Below, piece after piece: positions 26,159 to 38,900 of a stretch of 64,000 bases of DNA. Made by a program: the position numbers and the translations under genes. Within the stretch, counting starts at the first letter, position 1. Each line of letters starts with the position of its first letter. The DNA is from Podarcis tiliguerta (taxonomy: Eukaryota). The notes under the pieces were generated by a model, which made no database searches, was not told the origin of the DNA, and worked only from the letters and a program-made list of their open reading frames with translations. The stretch lies in assembly GCA_965153285.1 (NCBI GenBank), contig OZ229119.1. One strand, 5' to 3'.

Positions 26159-27438
26159 ATGTCCAGTGCTCATCTTCTGTGCAACACTCAATCACTTTTA
26201 ATAGGCTTTTTCTCTCTCAAGAGATGTCTCCCAGTGGACTTTGCTAACAGCGGGAATATAAATACGTAGGATGACAGTGCACTGCAGACCATCTCCACCG
26301 TCAGCTGCAATTTTGCTCAACAGTGGATGAAGATGAATAGCACTATGTGCTTTAAGTCTAGGATTTTGTAGAACTAACTATAGTACTGCATGGCAAAGCA
26401 GAAATTTGCAACAACCTGCAAGCAAAGGGAACAGGTAGGCAAGGTCCATAAACAAATCTTACATAACAAACATGGCTTACATAACTATAAATAATTGTGG
26501 CAATAACTGAAGTGAATCAGCATCTACAAATGTGGATTGTTCTATAGAATTTAAGGGACTGACAAGAGCAGCACATCAATATCTTACCATTTGCTAGTCA
26601 AGCTTTCTGTATTCATTCCTACCCCCCAACCGTTAGTTGTCTCATCCCCTCCTGAGGGTCATCTAAGCAACCGGGCATAGCTGAAAGTATGTACATTGCT
26701 GGTGGTCCAATATTTTCTTCCCCTGCAACTGATTTTTATCTTAGAGTCAGTAGGGGACCTCTGATTACACATCAGTCCTTTCATGTGACTCTGAATTCTG
26801 AGGTATTAACATTTGTAGCATCACTGAAAGCAGCACAAAACTGTGTATCACTAGCAGTCGTTTTAGAACTCCTGTAGGGAAGTCATCAGGATGTAGCAGC
26901 CGTAAATAGGCTTAACAAAGCCTCTTCTTCAGTAAATCTTGGGTTGCCTAGCCGACTCTTGTAATTAATGACAGCAATCTGACGCATGAAAAAGGCAATC
27001 ATACATAAAAGTTCTGATTCATACTATTCAGGGCTTTGTGGCAGCAATGCCAGGGAGCCACTGGTTGTGAAAGAAAATACTTAAGTTTGTCATTTGGCAA
27101 AAATTACATTTAGTGTCCTACTTGAGCTATAGCAAATGTTATCATTATACTAAATGTATGCAGAAATACCCGCTTGTGTGGCTTTTTATACCATGCATTC
27201 TAGCTGCCCAAAACCGTGATGCACAAAGGGGACAGCATAGATTTTTCTATCGCCACCCCCATCCCTGTTTCCAGTCAACTCTCCTACAAATATTCAGGTT
27301 CTATCAAGAGAAGGGTATTCTCTATTGCTTTGGAAGACAGGTCACAATTGTGATGGTTGCCCAGCTGATGTGAAGACATGGCCAGTCTGCAACACCCCCA
27401 GTTTATGTCGGCTGTCTCCTCTCCACTTCCCCTTCCTT

Positions 27439-27630
27439 GGGAAAGAGATACAGCTCAGTGATAGAGCATTTGTTTTGCATGCAGAACATCTCAGGTTCAA
27501 CCCCCGTACATCTGCTGATAGGGATGGGAGAGACCCACAAACAAAATCCTGCAGCTGCTACTAGTGAAGGCAATGCTGAGCTAGATGGCCCCAATAATCT
27601 GACTTGGAATAAGGCACCTTCCATGCTCCC
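27439..27630 (+). mobile_element. tRNA(Ala)-like SINE; other fragments about 8190-8305, 23085-23170, 24460-24540, 48525-48897
   Basis: cagctcagtgatagagcat..tgcatgcaga..caggttcaacccc head; gctgagctagatgg..ctgacttggaataaggca tail. Confidence 0.65.
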
Positions 27631-29009
27631 AATGCCCAAGCAAAAAGATCTCTAAGAGATGCAGTTTAATTTTCAGCCTGGGAGGAAGGGTAACTTCCCA
27701 GCCACCACTGAGCAAGTTCAGCCTCTTAAGTCTGCTGGGTCAAAGTGTATCTTGTGAAACCACGGGAGGAGAAAGTACCCAATAGTGCAGATGGAACCTG
27801 TTTTTTGTGTTTTTTTACAAAGTCATGTGGAGGGAGATTTGGGGAGGCAAGGAATAAATCTGCCCTCCCTCCAAGTTGCAATCCCAGTAACAATCAGTTT
27901 CCCACAGCTGTAAGCTAATTCAATAAAAAAAACAGATGTTGTTGCATGCAAGACATTAAGCATGACATATACCTCTGACCCTTAAAATGCATTGGTGATA
28001 CAAGACCAGATATATTTTTGGGCTTAGCAGGCACAAGATCTAATCAGATTTCTAGACAAAATTAGAGAGCCTAGCTGAGCAAGATTTATATTATTAACAC
28101 AAAATAAAATAAAAACAACATTTCATGCTTGGGTGACATCTGTTATTGCTGAGGCTTTCCCAATTTATCTTTTGCAATAGGTTACATGTCTTCTCCCTAA
28201 ACCCTGGTGAGAAGCAGATCCCTTCTGAACGCCAGATGCAAAATATAAGCCACATTCACCTAAACCACATTTTAGGTCTACATACATGAGGTGGAATGAG
28301 TATGAGCAAAGCCTCAGATTTGCATGCTCCTTCCTCAGTCCCCTGTCCTCCCACTTAGCTGAGGACTTTGTGAGTATTCAGCAACACTTTACATTGATTG
28401 GCTTATCATTGGGTATGAATCAGGGCTTATAATCTATCAACCACGTTTTGAAGTTGGCTTGCTTTTGAAAATGACCAGTGTTTGATATGCAGTTAATTAT
28501 AGACTATAATCTCTGGTTCACACACAACAAACTGAGATTAGCGGGAAAGTGAAAGTAAACACTGGCAAACTCCTTCTCTTGGCCAGATGGGAGTGTGCAA
28601 GCCTGAGGCTTAACTTGGTTTCATGGCATACATGCGGCTGCTTTGAACCAGAGGTTCAAAAAGCAGTGCAGGGCTGCATGAAAGATGTTTTGCAAACATC
28701 CCCATCTTCCTCTTTGAACCTCTGGTTGCAATCAATGAGAAGGAAATAGGTTGGTGTAAAAAACGGATTTATCCCTCATTTGAGGGGTGTGGGTGTTAGG
28801 GGAATGGAAGCATCCATCACTTTTCCTAATGCCCCCCCCCGCCTTTTTGCCCTCTGTGATGTTGGACAGGCACTGACTACAGATCTTTTCACAGCTTCAT
28901 GGAGGAGTCATAGAAGGTCAAACCTCCCTCTCTGGAAGCATGTCTCAGGGAGGGAGACACAATGAATCTATGGTGCCCCAAACACCTTCCCAGGGACCAT
29001 AGGATTGCT

Positions 29010-29215
29010 TAATATTTCTTACTAATGGAAACAGGTTTACCACAACTATCAGCCAATCACCCATTCCCACCACCCTTCTGAGCAATACCCCTCCCCACCC
29101 TCTCACTATATATAAGGGTCTGGTGACTTCTGTTTCAGTGTATCTGAAGAGGTGTGCATGCACACGAAAGCTCATACCAAGAACAAACTTAGTTGGTCTC
29201 TAAGGTGCTACTGGA
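29010..29215 (+). mobile_element. Penelope-like element terminal repeat (pLTR) fragment
   Basis: ctgaaga..cgaaagctcatac...ttagttggtctctaaggtgctac end typical of vertebrate Penelope repeats, followed by (ATT)n. The left boundary is approximate. Confidence 0.7.
29140..29177 (+). ncRNA. Minimal type I hammerhead ribozyme motif
   Basis: Stem I gtat/atac; core CTGAAGA (29144-29150); stem II gtgtgc-at-gcacac; GAAA (29166-29169); palindromic AGCT stem III; UC cleavage site at 29173. Confidence 0.72.
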
Positions 29216-29332
29216 AGGATTATTATTATTATTATTATTATTATTTTACAATGGAAACTGAAATAGTGATAGTTCACTGATGGACAAATTTCAAGAGAGC
29301 ACAATGAAGGTGTTAGTTGTGAGTGTGTAGAG

Positions 29333-29577
29333 CAGGGGTCAGCAAGGTTTACCTCACCTGGGCCGGTTCACTCCCGTGGAAATCGCTCCGTGGGCCAGAT
29401 CGTGTCTGCGCAGACATGATTTCCAGCACCGAGGAAGTGAGTCCCTGCTCCGTGCTGTTTAGTGCAGCACATGGGGACTCACCAAACAGGCGGCTTGGTT
29501 CAGAGGCAGCTCATGAGCTGTTTAAATAACCCCCGTGGGCTGCTTGTGGTCCATGGGCCACAGGTTGCTGACCCCAA
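29333..29577. mobile_element. Non-autonomous hAT element (same family as 21629)
   Basis: caggggtcagcaa...ttgctgacccc TIRs and shared internal sequence. Confidence 0.8.
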
Positions 29578-29729
29578 GTCAGGATGGGTTGTTTAATTTC
29601 ATCCCTTGTAAATGAATCAAAGCCTATGTTATGAGACATATTGACAGTATAACAAAATCAGTGTTCTTAACACACTGATTTGTGGGGACAGATATCTGTA
29701 GAGCAAGTAATGGACATTTTGGGATGATA

Positions 29730-30080
29730 AAGGTAAAGAGACCTCTGACCATTAGGTCCAGCCATGACCAACTCTGGGGTTGCGGCGCTCATCTTGCTTT
29801 ATTGGCCAAGGGAGCCGGCATACAGCTTCCGGGTAATGTGGCCAGCATAACTAAGCTGCTTCTGGTGAACCAGAGCAGCGCACGGAAACACCATTTACCT
29901 TCCCGCCGGAGCAGTACCTATTCATCTACTTGCAATTTGACGTGCTTTCAAACTGCTAGGTGGACAGGAGCAGGGACCGAACAACGGGAGCTCACCCCAT
30001 TGCGGGGATTCGAACCGCCGACTTTCTGATCGGCAAGTCCTAGGCTCTGTGGTTTAGCCCACAGCGCCACCCGCGTCCCC
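29730..30080 (-). mobile_element. Full-length Sauria SINE (LIN7A intron 2)
   Basis: Reverse complement of the same family; 13-bp TSD ttttgggatgata (29717-29729 / 30081-30093). Confidence 0.92.
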
Positions 30081-32744
30081 TTTTGGGATGATACCTTCTA
30101 AATATTCCTCCACCATGGCTGAGATTATTGCAAGGCACCAATCAATGCCTCAGTAAGCGTAGACATTTAAAGAAAGTGAAAGCATCCTTTCATTCAACAT
30201 GTGGTTTCTTTCCAGCCTTAGGCTATGTACACATTCACAGTTTAAAATGCAGCAAGGTCGTTGTGCACCCCCACTCCCATTTCAAGTAGTATTTGCAGGT
30301 TGTTGTACACACCAGAGAGGGACTGGGGATGTCAGCACCCAATGTGCCTTATCTGTTGGGTCTTCCTGCCCCTGCAGTACTCTCCCCCCACCTCCAATTC
30401 CTATTTCTGAAGCTGTCATCCATGCATGTGCAATGGCTACCTCAAATGTACATACCTCAGCATACCTCCAAAGTGGATGTGCCTTAAAATTTCCTTTAGG
30501 ATTTAAGCTGCTTTAAAAGAAAATGCACCCAGGAGCAGTTTTTCTCCATAAACTACAGAAGAGCTCTGCATTGTGGGTAGCATCACATGTACACAGATTC
30601 AAAAGCCAGTGGCAGGAGTGCACTGGAGCCAGAGTAAGCGGTAATGTGCGCACAGACCTATTTCAAACCCCTTGTCATTTTCTTCTGGTAGGAGTGAATG
30701 AGTTTCGAAAAATCAAGATCTTCTCATGGTGTAACAGTCACTCAGCAGTCGTAACTAATCAAGAGTTGATAACCTGAGCATACTTTAATGCAGCTATGCA
30801 ATCACTTAAGAGGTTCATCTGTTTCCTCATTGTGAGCTCATTTTCTCTGTTTCTGGAACAGTAGTTTCTTTTTAAGACGTACAAGACTAGTCAGAGGGAT
30901 CATGTTAGGTACTTGGCATAAATATCAATCTATTTCTTCAGAATTCAGCAATAACTGGTTAAACATATAATTATATGCTCTTTAGGCTGCTGTCTTATAC
31001 CTAATTACCTGGAAGGAAACATAATTGAACTCAATTACACTTACTTCTGAGTAGACATATGTAGGATTGCACTGCGAAACTGAACTTCATTTTCTTGCTA
31101 TTAATGGGGGTGTGGAGGTCAGCTGTCACTAAACAATAGCCCATAAGAGCTTTTGTGGGCTATTCACTGTCTTGTCAAAGTCCAGCTAGATAGCTTTTAG
31201 CTCATTCAACCGATAGTGAATCACAGTCTAAGTAATTTTCTGCTTTCCTGAATTTTGCACCTGTTACAAAGGACTGCATTTTGGCTGCTGTTCAAAACAC
31301 TCTTCACAGATGAATATAAATGTAATCGACATTCCTAGTAGTATTACAGAAAGGCAAATCTATACCACATAAAGACAAAGCTACAATACAGCCTGTCATC
31401 AGTTAGAAGCTTTTAGTTGGTCAAATTAAAGGCCTTCATCATGATAGCTACTGCAAATCAAAGACAGCACCAATCTTTTGCAAAAGAGCAACATTCTCTT
31501 AAAAATAGTTTAAAAACATACACATTAAACTACTGTACACTGTGTGTGCTGTTTCTGTTAGCCATCAAAATATTTCTTCATTTAAAAACAGTGTTTCATT
31601 CTGTGTACTGTTATTGCCTAGGAACCCTAGTGTTGTTGCTGCTGCTATTGCTTAGATAATAAATAAATCAGAATAGTGGCAGGCAGTCCATAGAGACCAA
31701 GAAAGAAAATGGAGGCACTTGCTAATTTTCAGGTACCAATTGCTATTTCCAAAGAGTGTTTGACAACACACTCCTGGAACAGCAACTTTAAGGCTATTTT
31801 ATCCAACCATCTAATGTTTATGTGGCTCTAGGCTTTATTGTAATTAAAAATTATGAAGCAGATCAATTTCTCTCTTCCTTTCAAACACCTATAAAACTGA
31901 CATGAACATGTTAATAGAATTAAGAAGGGAAAGCATAAATGGTTTTCTAATGAGTAACAGCAATGTTGTGAAGATGTCCATAGTGCCTTCCTTCCTGCCA
32001 CAGATCACAAAGTGGTAAATCTACAGGGCTGCAATTAATCAGTTAAGTAAGTTGAAAGTTTATTAGCCAATTTAAAATTTGTCCATGGAAGGATGCTACT
32101 GAATAATTAGTCAGAAGATTTAAATATAGAAATGATTATTTGAAAAATAAGTACTTAAAAAAAACTAAAGAAGGCACTTGCCTCTTCTAAGATAATGCTT
32201 ACTGTTAATCTATTTATAAAACTGGACTTTTCCTTTAAAAATTATTGTTTGTTCACAGGGGGAAAAAATATGCAGGTTTAAATTGATTAATTAAAACTCC
32301 TACCTGTGAGAGAATGCCACTGAACGTAGTGTACATCATTTCCTGGTAGCCATGCATGGCATTGTGCCCATAAATCAAACAAATATTTCTTTAATCAGAT
32401 AGCAGATTTATAAATTAGCTGACCTCACAAAGTTCTCCTTATGTTATGTGCGATAGAAATTACTACACCAATGGAACATATTTATTAAGAATCTGCTGTG
32501 TGCCTTAAGACCCTGATCTCTCTTGTTCGACACAGATGATTGGACCCCACGAGGTTCCTGAGTTATTACAAACGTTCATTTTTTTTAATGGAGGCAGTAA
32601 GTCTCTGGACACATGCTGCTGACTCTTACGGAAACGTAATAGAACGATTTTCACTTATTTGCATAATACAGCATAATGTGCAGTGGCTCGTGCACATTGT
32701 GAGTCTCCCCATTAATAAATACAGCCAGCGATTCATTACCATAC

Positions 32745-32863
32745 CTCTCTGATAGCTGTACAAAACTCACTCTGCAGTACTTTTTTAAGTGACTGCAGCT
32801 TGTGTCCTGGTACTTCTCCAGCTTCTTGTAGTTTCTCCAGCAGTTCAATTGCTCTGGCAACAT
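32745..32863 (-). CDS. LIN7A: LIN7A coding exon 2 (L27 domain; [40 protein letters not shown])
   Basis: Acceptor tgttcag, donor GAG|gtatgg; 119 nt restores the frame. L27 sequence near-identical to LIN7A. Confidence 0.97.
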
Positions 32864-33526
32864 CTGAACAGATAAAAATAAGGCAAAAGGTCAGGGAAGG
32901 ACACATTTTGACTTGTATTACTGCTGTTCCAGCTACACCAAGGAGCATATGTTGCAATTTTCAAATTGGACAGTGAGATTTTGCCACCCCACATCCCCGC
33001 TCCCGTCTGTTCAAGTTCAGTTCTGCGTTTTCACTGACTTAAAAAATATATATGACTGTTGCTTTAGGCTGCAATCCTAGGCAGTCATACATGCAGGCAT
33101 TGGAAAAGAGCAAATATTGCCCAAGGGGTTTTGAAAGTTTTCCCTACAGTCAATCATCTAGTTAATCAGGTAAGCCCACTTGGGCAAATCTTACAACACA
33201 ACACACAAGCTGACACAATGCACCAAGCTCCTACATGCTTGACATACACCTTTCCCTCATTTTGGCAGTCTTAGTAAAAAAAGAGGAAAACCCCCCTCAA
33301 ACAACAACAAAAGAGCAGCAGAGTATTCAATTGTGGGGACTGGAATACCAAGATAATGGAATACATTGGATTGTTCAACAGTGGAACATATTACCTCTCA
33401 GAAGGTGGTGGGTGCTCCTTTGCTGGTGATATTCAAACCACCAGTGGTCCAATGGACATTGGCTAAGAGTGCTGTAGTTGCATCCTGCATTTGTACATTT
33501 TGCATTGAAGTGGGGTTGGACTAGAT

Positions 33527-33642
33527 CAGGATTTCCCAAACTGTAGTCCAAAAACAGTTCCCTTCATCCCTGACCACTGGTCCTGCTAGCTAGGGATAAT
33601 GTGCTTCGAAAACAGCTGGAGACCCAGGCTTGGGAAACACTG
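33527..33642. mobile_element. Short hAT MITE inserted in a CR1 3' end (CR1 remnant about 33370-33682, + strand)
   Basis: cagg.tttcccaa...ttgggaaacactg termini interrupt ggggttggactagat|...gacctccaaggtccct; degenerate 8-bp TSD. Confidence 0.7.
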
Positions 33643-35639
33643 GATCAAATGACCTCCAAGGTCCCTCCTAACTCCCATGATTAAACCTGGCAGACCTGGT
33701 CATTTTGTTATTCCTAGGTTGGTTTGGGTACCTTTCAAGGCTATTAGCATTAATAATGGTCCTCTTTCGATCCTAATGCAGAGCACTAGGCTGAATGCAA
33801 GGATCTCATCACCTAATGTATGGCCCACAGATGGCTTAACTTCGGGAACACTAATGGAGAGAAGAGATGATGGCTCTGACCCAGTTCCTCACTCATTCTG
33901 GTGACAAGACCTGCCAAAGCAGATCAACCTTCTGTCCGCTGCCCAGAGGGACAGAAATGCAATGACCACAATAATGGGACGAAGAGCTGTTTATCAGCAG
34001 GTGCCCCATGTTTGCATGATAAAAAGTTGCTTGCTGGCATGCTTGCTGCCTCCTTGTCTTGCTATTTTGTGAGCTGCATGTATAATGTGAAGGTCTGGTC
34101 CTGATTTATTAATTTTGATTGACTGATGGGATAAGGGAAAACTACAGCTTTAAAGACAGTATCATTTTCTCCTGTTTGGTCTAGAGATGTGAAGGCTTGA
34201 GGGGGGAAAAAACAGGTGGGACCCAGTTTTGCTCCATTTCCTCCCTTATTTATTTCTTTAAAAATTGGGGGGAAATGGAAAAAATGGGTGAGAGGACCCC
34301 TCCCCCTGCCCCATATTTTTCTGTGGTCCCCTCTCTGCTCTGACTGGCAACAGCTCTCCACTGGTCAGGCAGAGGTTTCCCCCAGTCTTACTATCAGCAG
34401 AACTGAGCACATGTATTTACCAGGAAGACACGGAGCCCATTCATGTATGCATTTCGGTGTGGCAGGAGGTTTGTGTAGCGTTCAGGCTATACAACAAATC
34501 CACACCAGAACACACATTCTGCTAAAACCTGGGAACAGCTGTAATGAAGCATTAAAACAAGTGCTGTGCCAAAAATCTCTCCTATTCCCCCCTCCCATCT
34601 ATTTTTGATGAGAAAAATTGTAACAAAATTTTTTGAAATAGGAATAAGATTTTTGTGAAATTCTCATGGGTGGGGAGGTACAGTCTCATGGGGTTTTGTT
34701 GTGATTACTGGCTGCTAAGGTGGGCATGGGCTACCTTTGAACGCCCTTTCTTTTGTTCCAAAAATAATCTCTCCAGCCTTCCTGGGTGTCCATTTTTCCT
34801 GGAAATCCCATGATGCCTTCAGCTGAGCTTCCCTGTAAGCACAGGGAGGTGATAGAGCTACCTATTATGAACCCAACAGCTGTTGTTTTTTTACATGAAA
34901 TCTTTTTACATTTTTTAAAAAGTGTAGATTTAAAAAATAAAATCAGTGACTGTGTCAATCTGAGATGCTTGTTAGCCAACCTCCTTAACTTCCTGTGCCT
35001 CAGTTAAAGCTCAGAATAAGGCATAGTGGAGTAAATTCTCCTATCGGTTTTTTTCTTCCAGATCAAGATGTGCATGCAGCCCAGAAGGTTCAAGAGCACT
35101 GGATGAATGTTTAATCTTTATTTTAATGTTTAATCCCCATGCAATGATAAGGTAAGCTCAACCCTGCATTCACTGAATTTTTTAAAAAAATGCCACGAGA
35201 AAGAGCCAGGCAAATAGAAACATCTTTTGCACTGAAATAAAACTTTTGAGTTACTGGAGAATAGGGTTCAGAACAACACTAATTAAAACCAACAGTCCTT
35301 CTTTACAAGTATGGAAATCAACTCGCATTGAACAAGACAGAGATTCCTGGCTGTTCTACAGAGTGTGATATAATGAAGATTAAATGCTGATAAGACTATG
35401 GCTTTGCTGGGATGAGAAATTATGCAACCAATCTCCTTTATTGGCATAAAAAGTGCATGGATATACATGGATCGGAACACAACACAGTTAACGAAACATA
35501 GTAGGAGATACTTTAGGATAAAACTACCAGGACATCATGAGGTACAAAGATGGCTCTTAGGACCTATGGTGACGTAATTTCATAGCGTCACTCAAAAATC
35601 TTGCCACATTCTCCACAATATCATTGCTACAATCGTTCA

Positions 35640-35933
<294 letters not shown>

Positions 35934-38900
35934 TAGCCCTGAGCAGCCAGCTGGCTCCCTCTCCCCTAGTCTCCCTTGATTTCAAAGTACAATTGAAGAG
36001 CTAGACTCCTGCGGCTTCTATGGAAAAAGAACACTGGTGCCTGCTTTGGCTTCAGTCACTGTTGGAGTTTGCAGCTGGCGTTGGGCAGCCAGATAGCCCC
36101 CTGTCCCAGCTCACCTCTTGCTTCTGTCCCAGGGTATAAAAAGGCCAGTCTAACCACCACCCAGGGAGCATCCACCACCACATGATAAAACCCTCCTCTT
36201 CTGTTGGTGTCACCACTTGTATCATATCCTAGTATTTTTGGAAGTTCTTGTGCATACATACTTGCTGGGCAAACCTTGAGTTGACTGTCTCCTGTGCTTG
36301 CTATTGCTGTTGTGATTGGTTGGCGGCTCACACTTCCCCATCTATCTTTGTCGTGCAGAGTCCTTGATATGGAGCCCGCTCTGGGAAGGTCTGTGACCAA
36401 AAAGGCTGAGGGTTGGCATCTGCTCCTTGTTGGGCTGGGGTGGGTGGGCGGGCATGGCACAACATTTGAAAGCTTTGGAGTCCTGTTAATGGCTGGCAAG
36501 GCCAGCACCTCCCCCTCCCCAGTCAGAACTACACCCTCCTGCAAAAAGTAAACCCAGCAGGCACACGAGGACAGATCAACTTGTTTTTAAAAATCTACAG
36601 GTTTTGTCCTCTTAATTTGAAATTGGCCAGTAAGTAATTCCTTGCCTCCATTCTTTTCTCTCTCACTTGCCTCCGCCCTGCAATTGCAGTTCACCCCAGG
36701 GGATCAAAGACAACTTGTCTGAGTCACCATGGCCACTGCTCTAATAAACAAGACTTAGACAATCAACATTATAGTTTGCTTTTATTCCATACAATGAAAT
36801 GGCCAGAGCTTTTAAATACTTTTTCTACAGAATTACTGCTTGCCTAAACTGAGTAAAAAATCCATAAATTCATGTCTGTACTTGAATAAAAATATTCATG
36901 GCTTAAAAGCAAGCAAATAACCAATGAAAAGGGAAGAAATAGGAAATAAAAAAGGGGAAATTAAGAATTATAGTATGAAAACCATATTCCAGCTTGTGGG
37001 TTGCGATTATAGGATTCTGTCATTATCCTGTTTTGAATGTTCATATTCAGGGATCATTTTATACTCTATCCAGGTCTCTCTCTTTAGTCTTTATCTCTAT
37101 GTATCGACATATCCAGCCCATTCACAAGTTATTTGCATTTAGACAGAGGAAGAAAATGAGGTTGAGCTTTGCGAACTTTGTAGTGAAAAGCCTTTCAAAT
37201 ATCTTAGGACAGATTTGAGAGCAAGATGAATCATTGCCGACAAGTTTGCATTATTTTGATGCCATACTCCTATGTATTAATTTCTGGATGGATTTAGAGT
37301 AAACCCACCTCAGTCTCCCATTTGCCTTGTTTACAGCTAACAGCTTTGATGAAAGATTAATGGACAACGTAGCGGCATGTGTATCTGTGGCAACAAGAGG
37401 AACTGTACGTTCTATGTATCAAAGGGACATTAATGATGTCTTAATGCAAGTAAGGAAAAGATCAGGTCTGCAATTTGCTGAAAGTAGCAGGCTATATATA
37501 GGGTGCTGTCCCAAGCCATCCATAATGCGATATTGGATGTTTCATCTAGATAACTTAAAAGTCGATTCATATATTATTACTGAAGGAACATATGCAATCT
37601 GCCTCTATTCCACCTGCATTAGCCTCTCTCCCTCCTTTCAGCAACCAATGCAGACAACAACTGCAAAGCTATTCAACAGCCTCTCCTGGCACAGAAGGAT
37701 CCCTTGGTACCTTCATCACAGCCCTCATCTAACTGCTGATAAAAGTCTATCTCCAACCTCAGAAGCATAATATCACCTTAGGGAGCAAGCCTACATATGA
37801 GGCTGTTAAGATTCAGGTAGTCATCCTTTCTCTTTGCCTCCTCTTCCCCCCACCACCCCGCTCACCACATATCAACAACTGTTTCATGTACTTTTGGGTG
37901 TTGCAGTTCTGAGATTATTACCTTGCTCTCTACATTAACTGCCTTCAGATTTGCCTGAAAAACTGGCCTACTTAATTGTTCTCCTGAAAGGTCTCAATAT
38001 ATTTCATACTAGGTTCAGCCAACTACCAAACACTCAACGGGCGTTTTCAAATCAGCAGTGCCCTTATGTACATTTTAGGATACTAAATTTTGCCTCTCAT
38101 AATGAATTCATCATGTATTGGCTCTTAATGAATTTACTGGCAGTGGCTAGTGGCTAATTATATGTTTCACTTCTCTCCTTTCACTCTGCTATGCCTCTCT
38201 CCATTCTCAGTTTCTCCCTTACTATGCTCCACCATTCAGCCTTACCCACTATGTGCCACATGATCTTTTGCCTCCCAAATCCCTTAAACCCTGGAACATC
38301 TGCAATTCAATCTCCTGGTTAGTTGCACTGCAGCACGTTCCTTGTTCTGCCAGAACAGCTCCATGCAAGCTAAACGGCAATGCCTGTGAGATTAAACTAT
38401 AAAGTGATTAATTTTTTTCATTATTTCGGAAATGTATTCTACGCAACAGAGAAGTTGTGCAAGACAGTTTTGCAGGTAGAGAAGACATATGCTGGCAGAA
38501 ATTAAAGAAAGTAACTCCTGTGTTTGAGATTCAAGTAATCTACCACCATTAAATTAGCATTCAGGGATTTACAGCGGGGGGGGGGGGGGAGGCTTTTTAG
38601 GTTTGAATTGCTTTACGATGTTTTGTATGGGATTTGTATCTAATTGTCACTCTTGCGTTCATGAAAAAATAAGGCATGATTTTATCTTGCTATAGTACAA
38701 GAAAAAGGAATCTTCTTTAGTGACTGGTAATATTTTACACTGTCTGCACTCCTATACTCTAATTAGCAGAGGACAGAGTTGCAACTAACAGAGAAATTCT
38801 ATGTATTATCTGGCTGCCCCAAAGTTAGCCCCATTGATTTCAATGGGATTTACTCTGCCACAGGCAATTGAGACTGCAATCTTGTACATGCTTACCTGGT

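Noticed and set aside
36056-36551. 162-aa minus-strand ORF with a nearby TATAAAA
   Set aside because: No recognisable homology or splice signals; intronic and probably an unclassified repeat.
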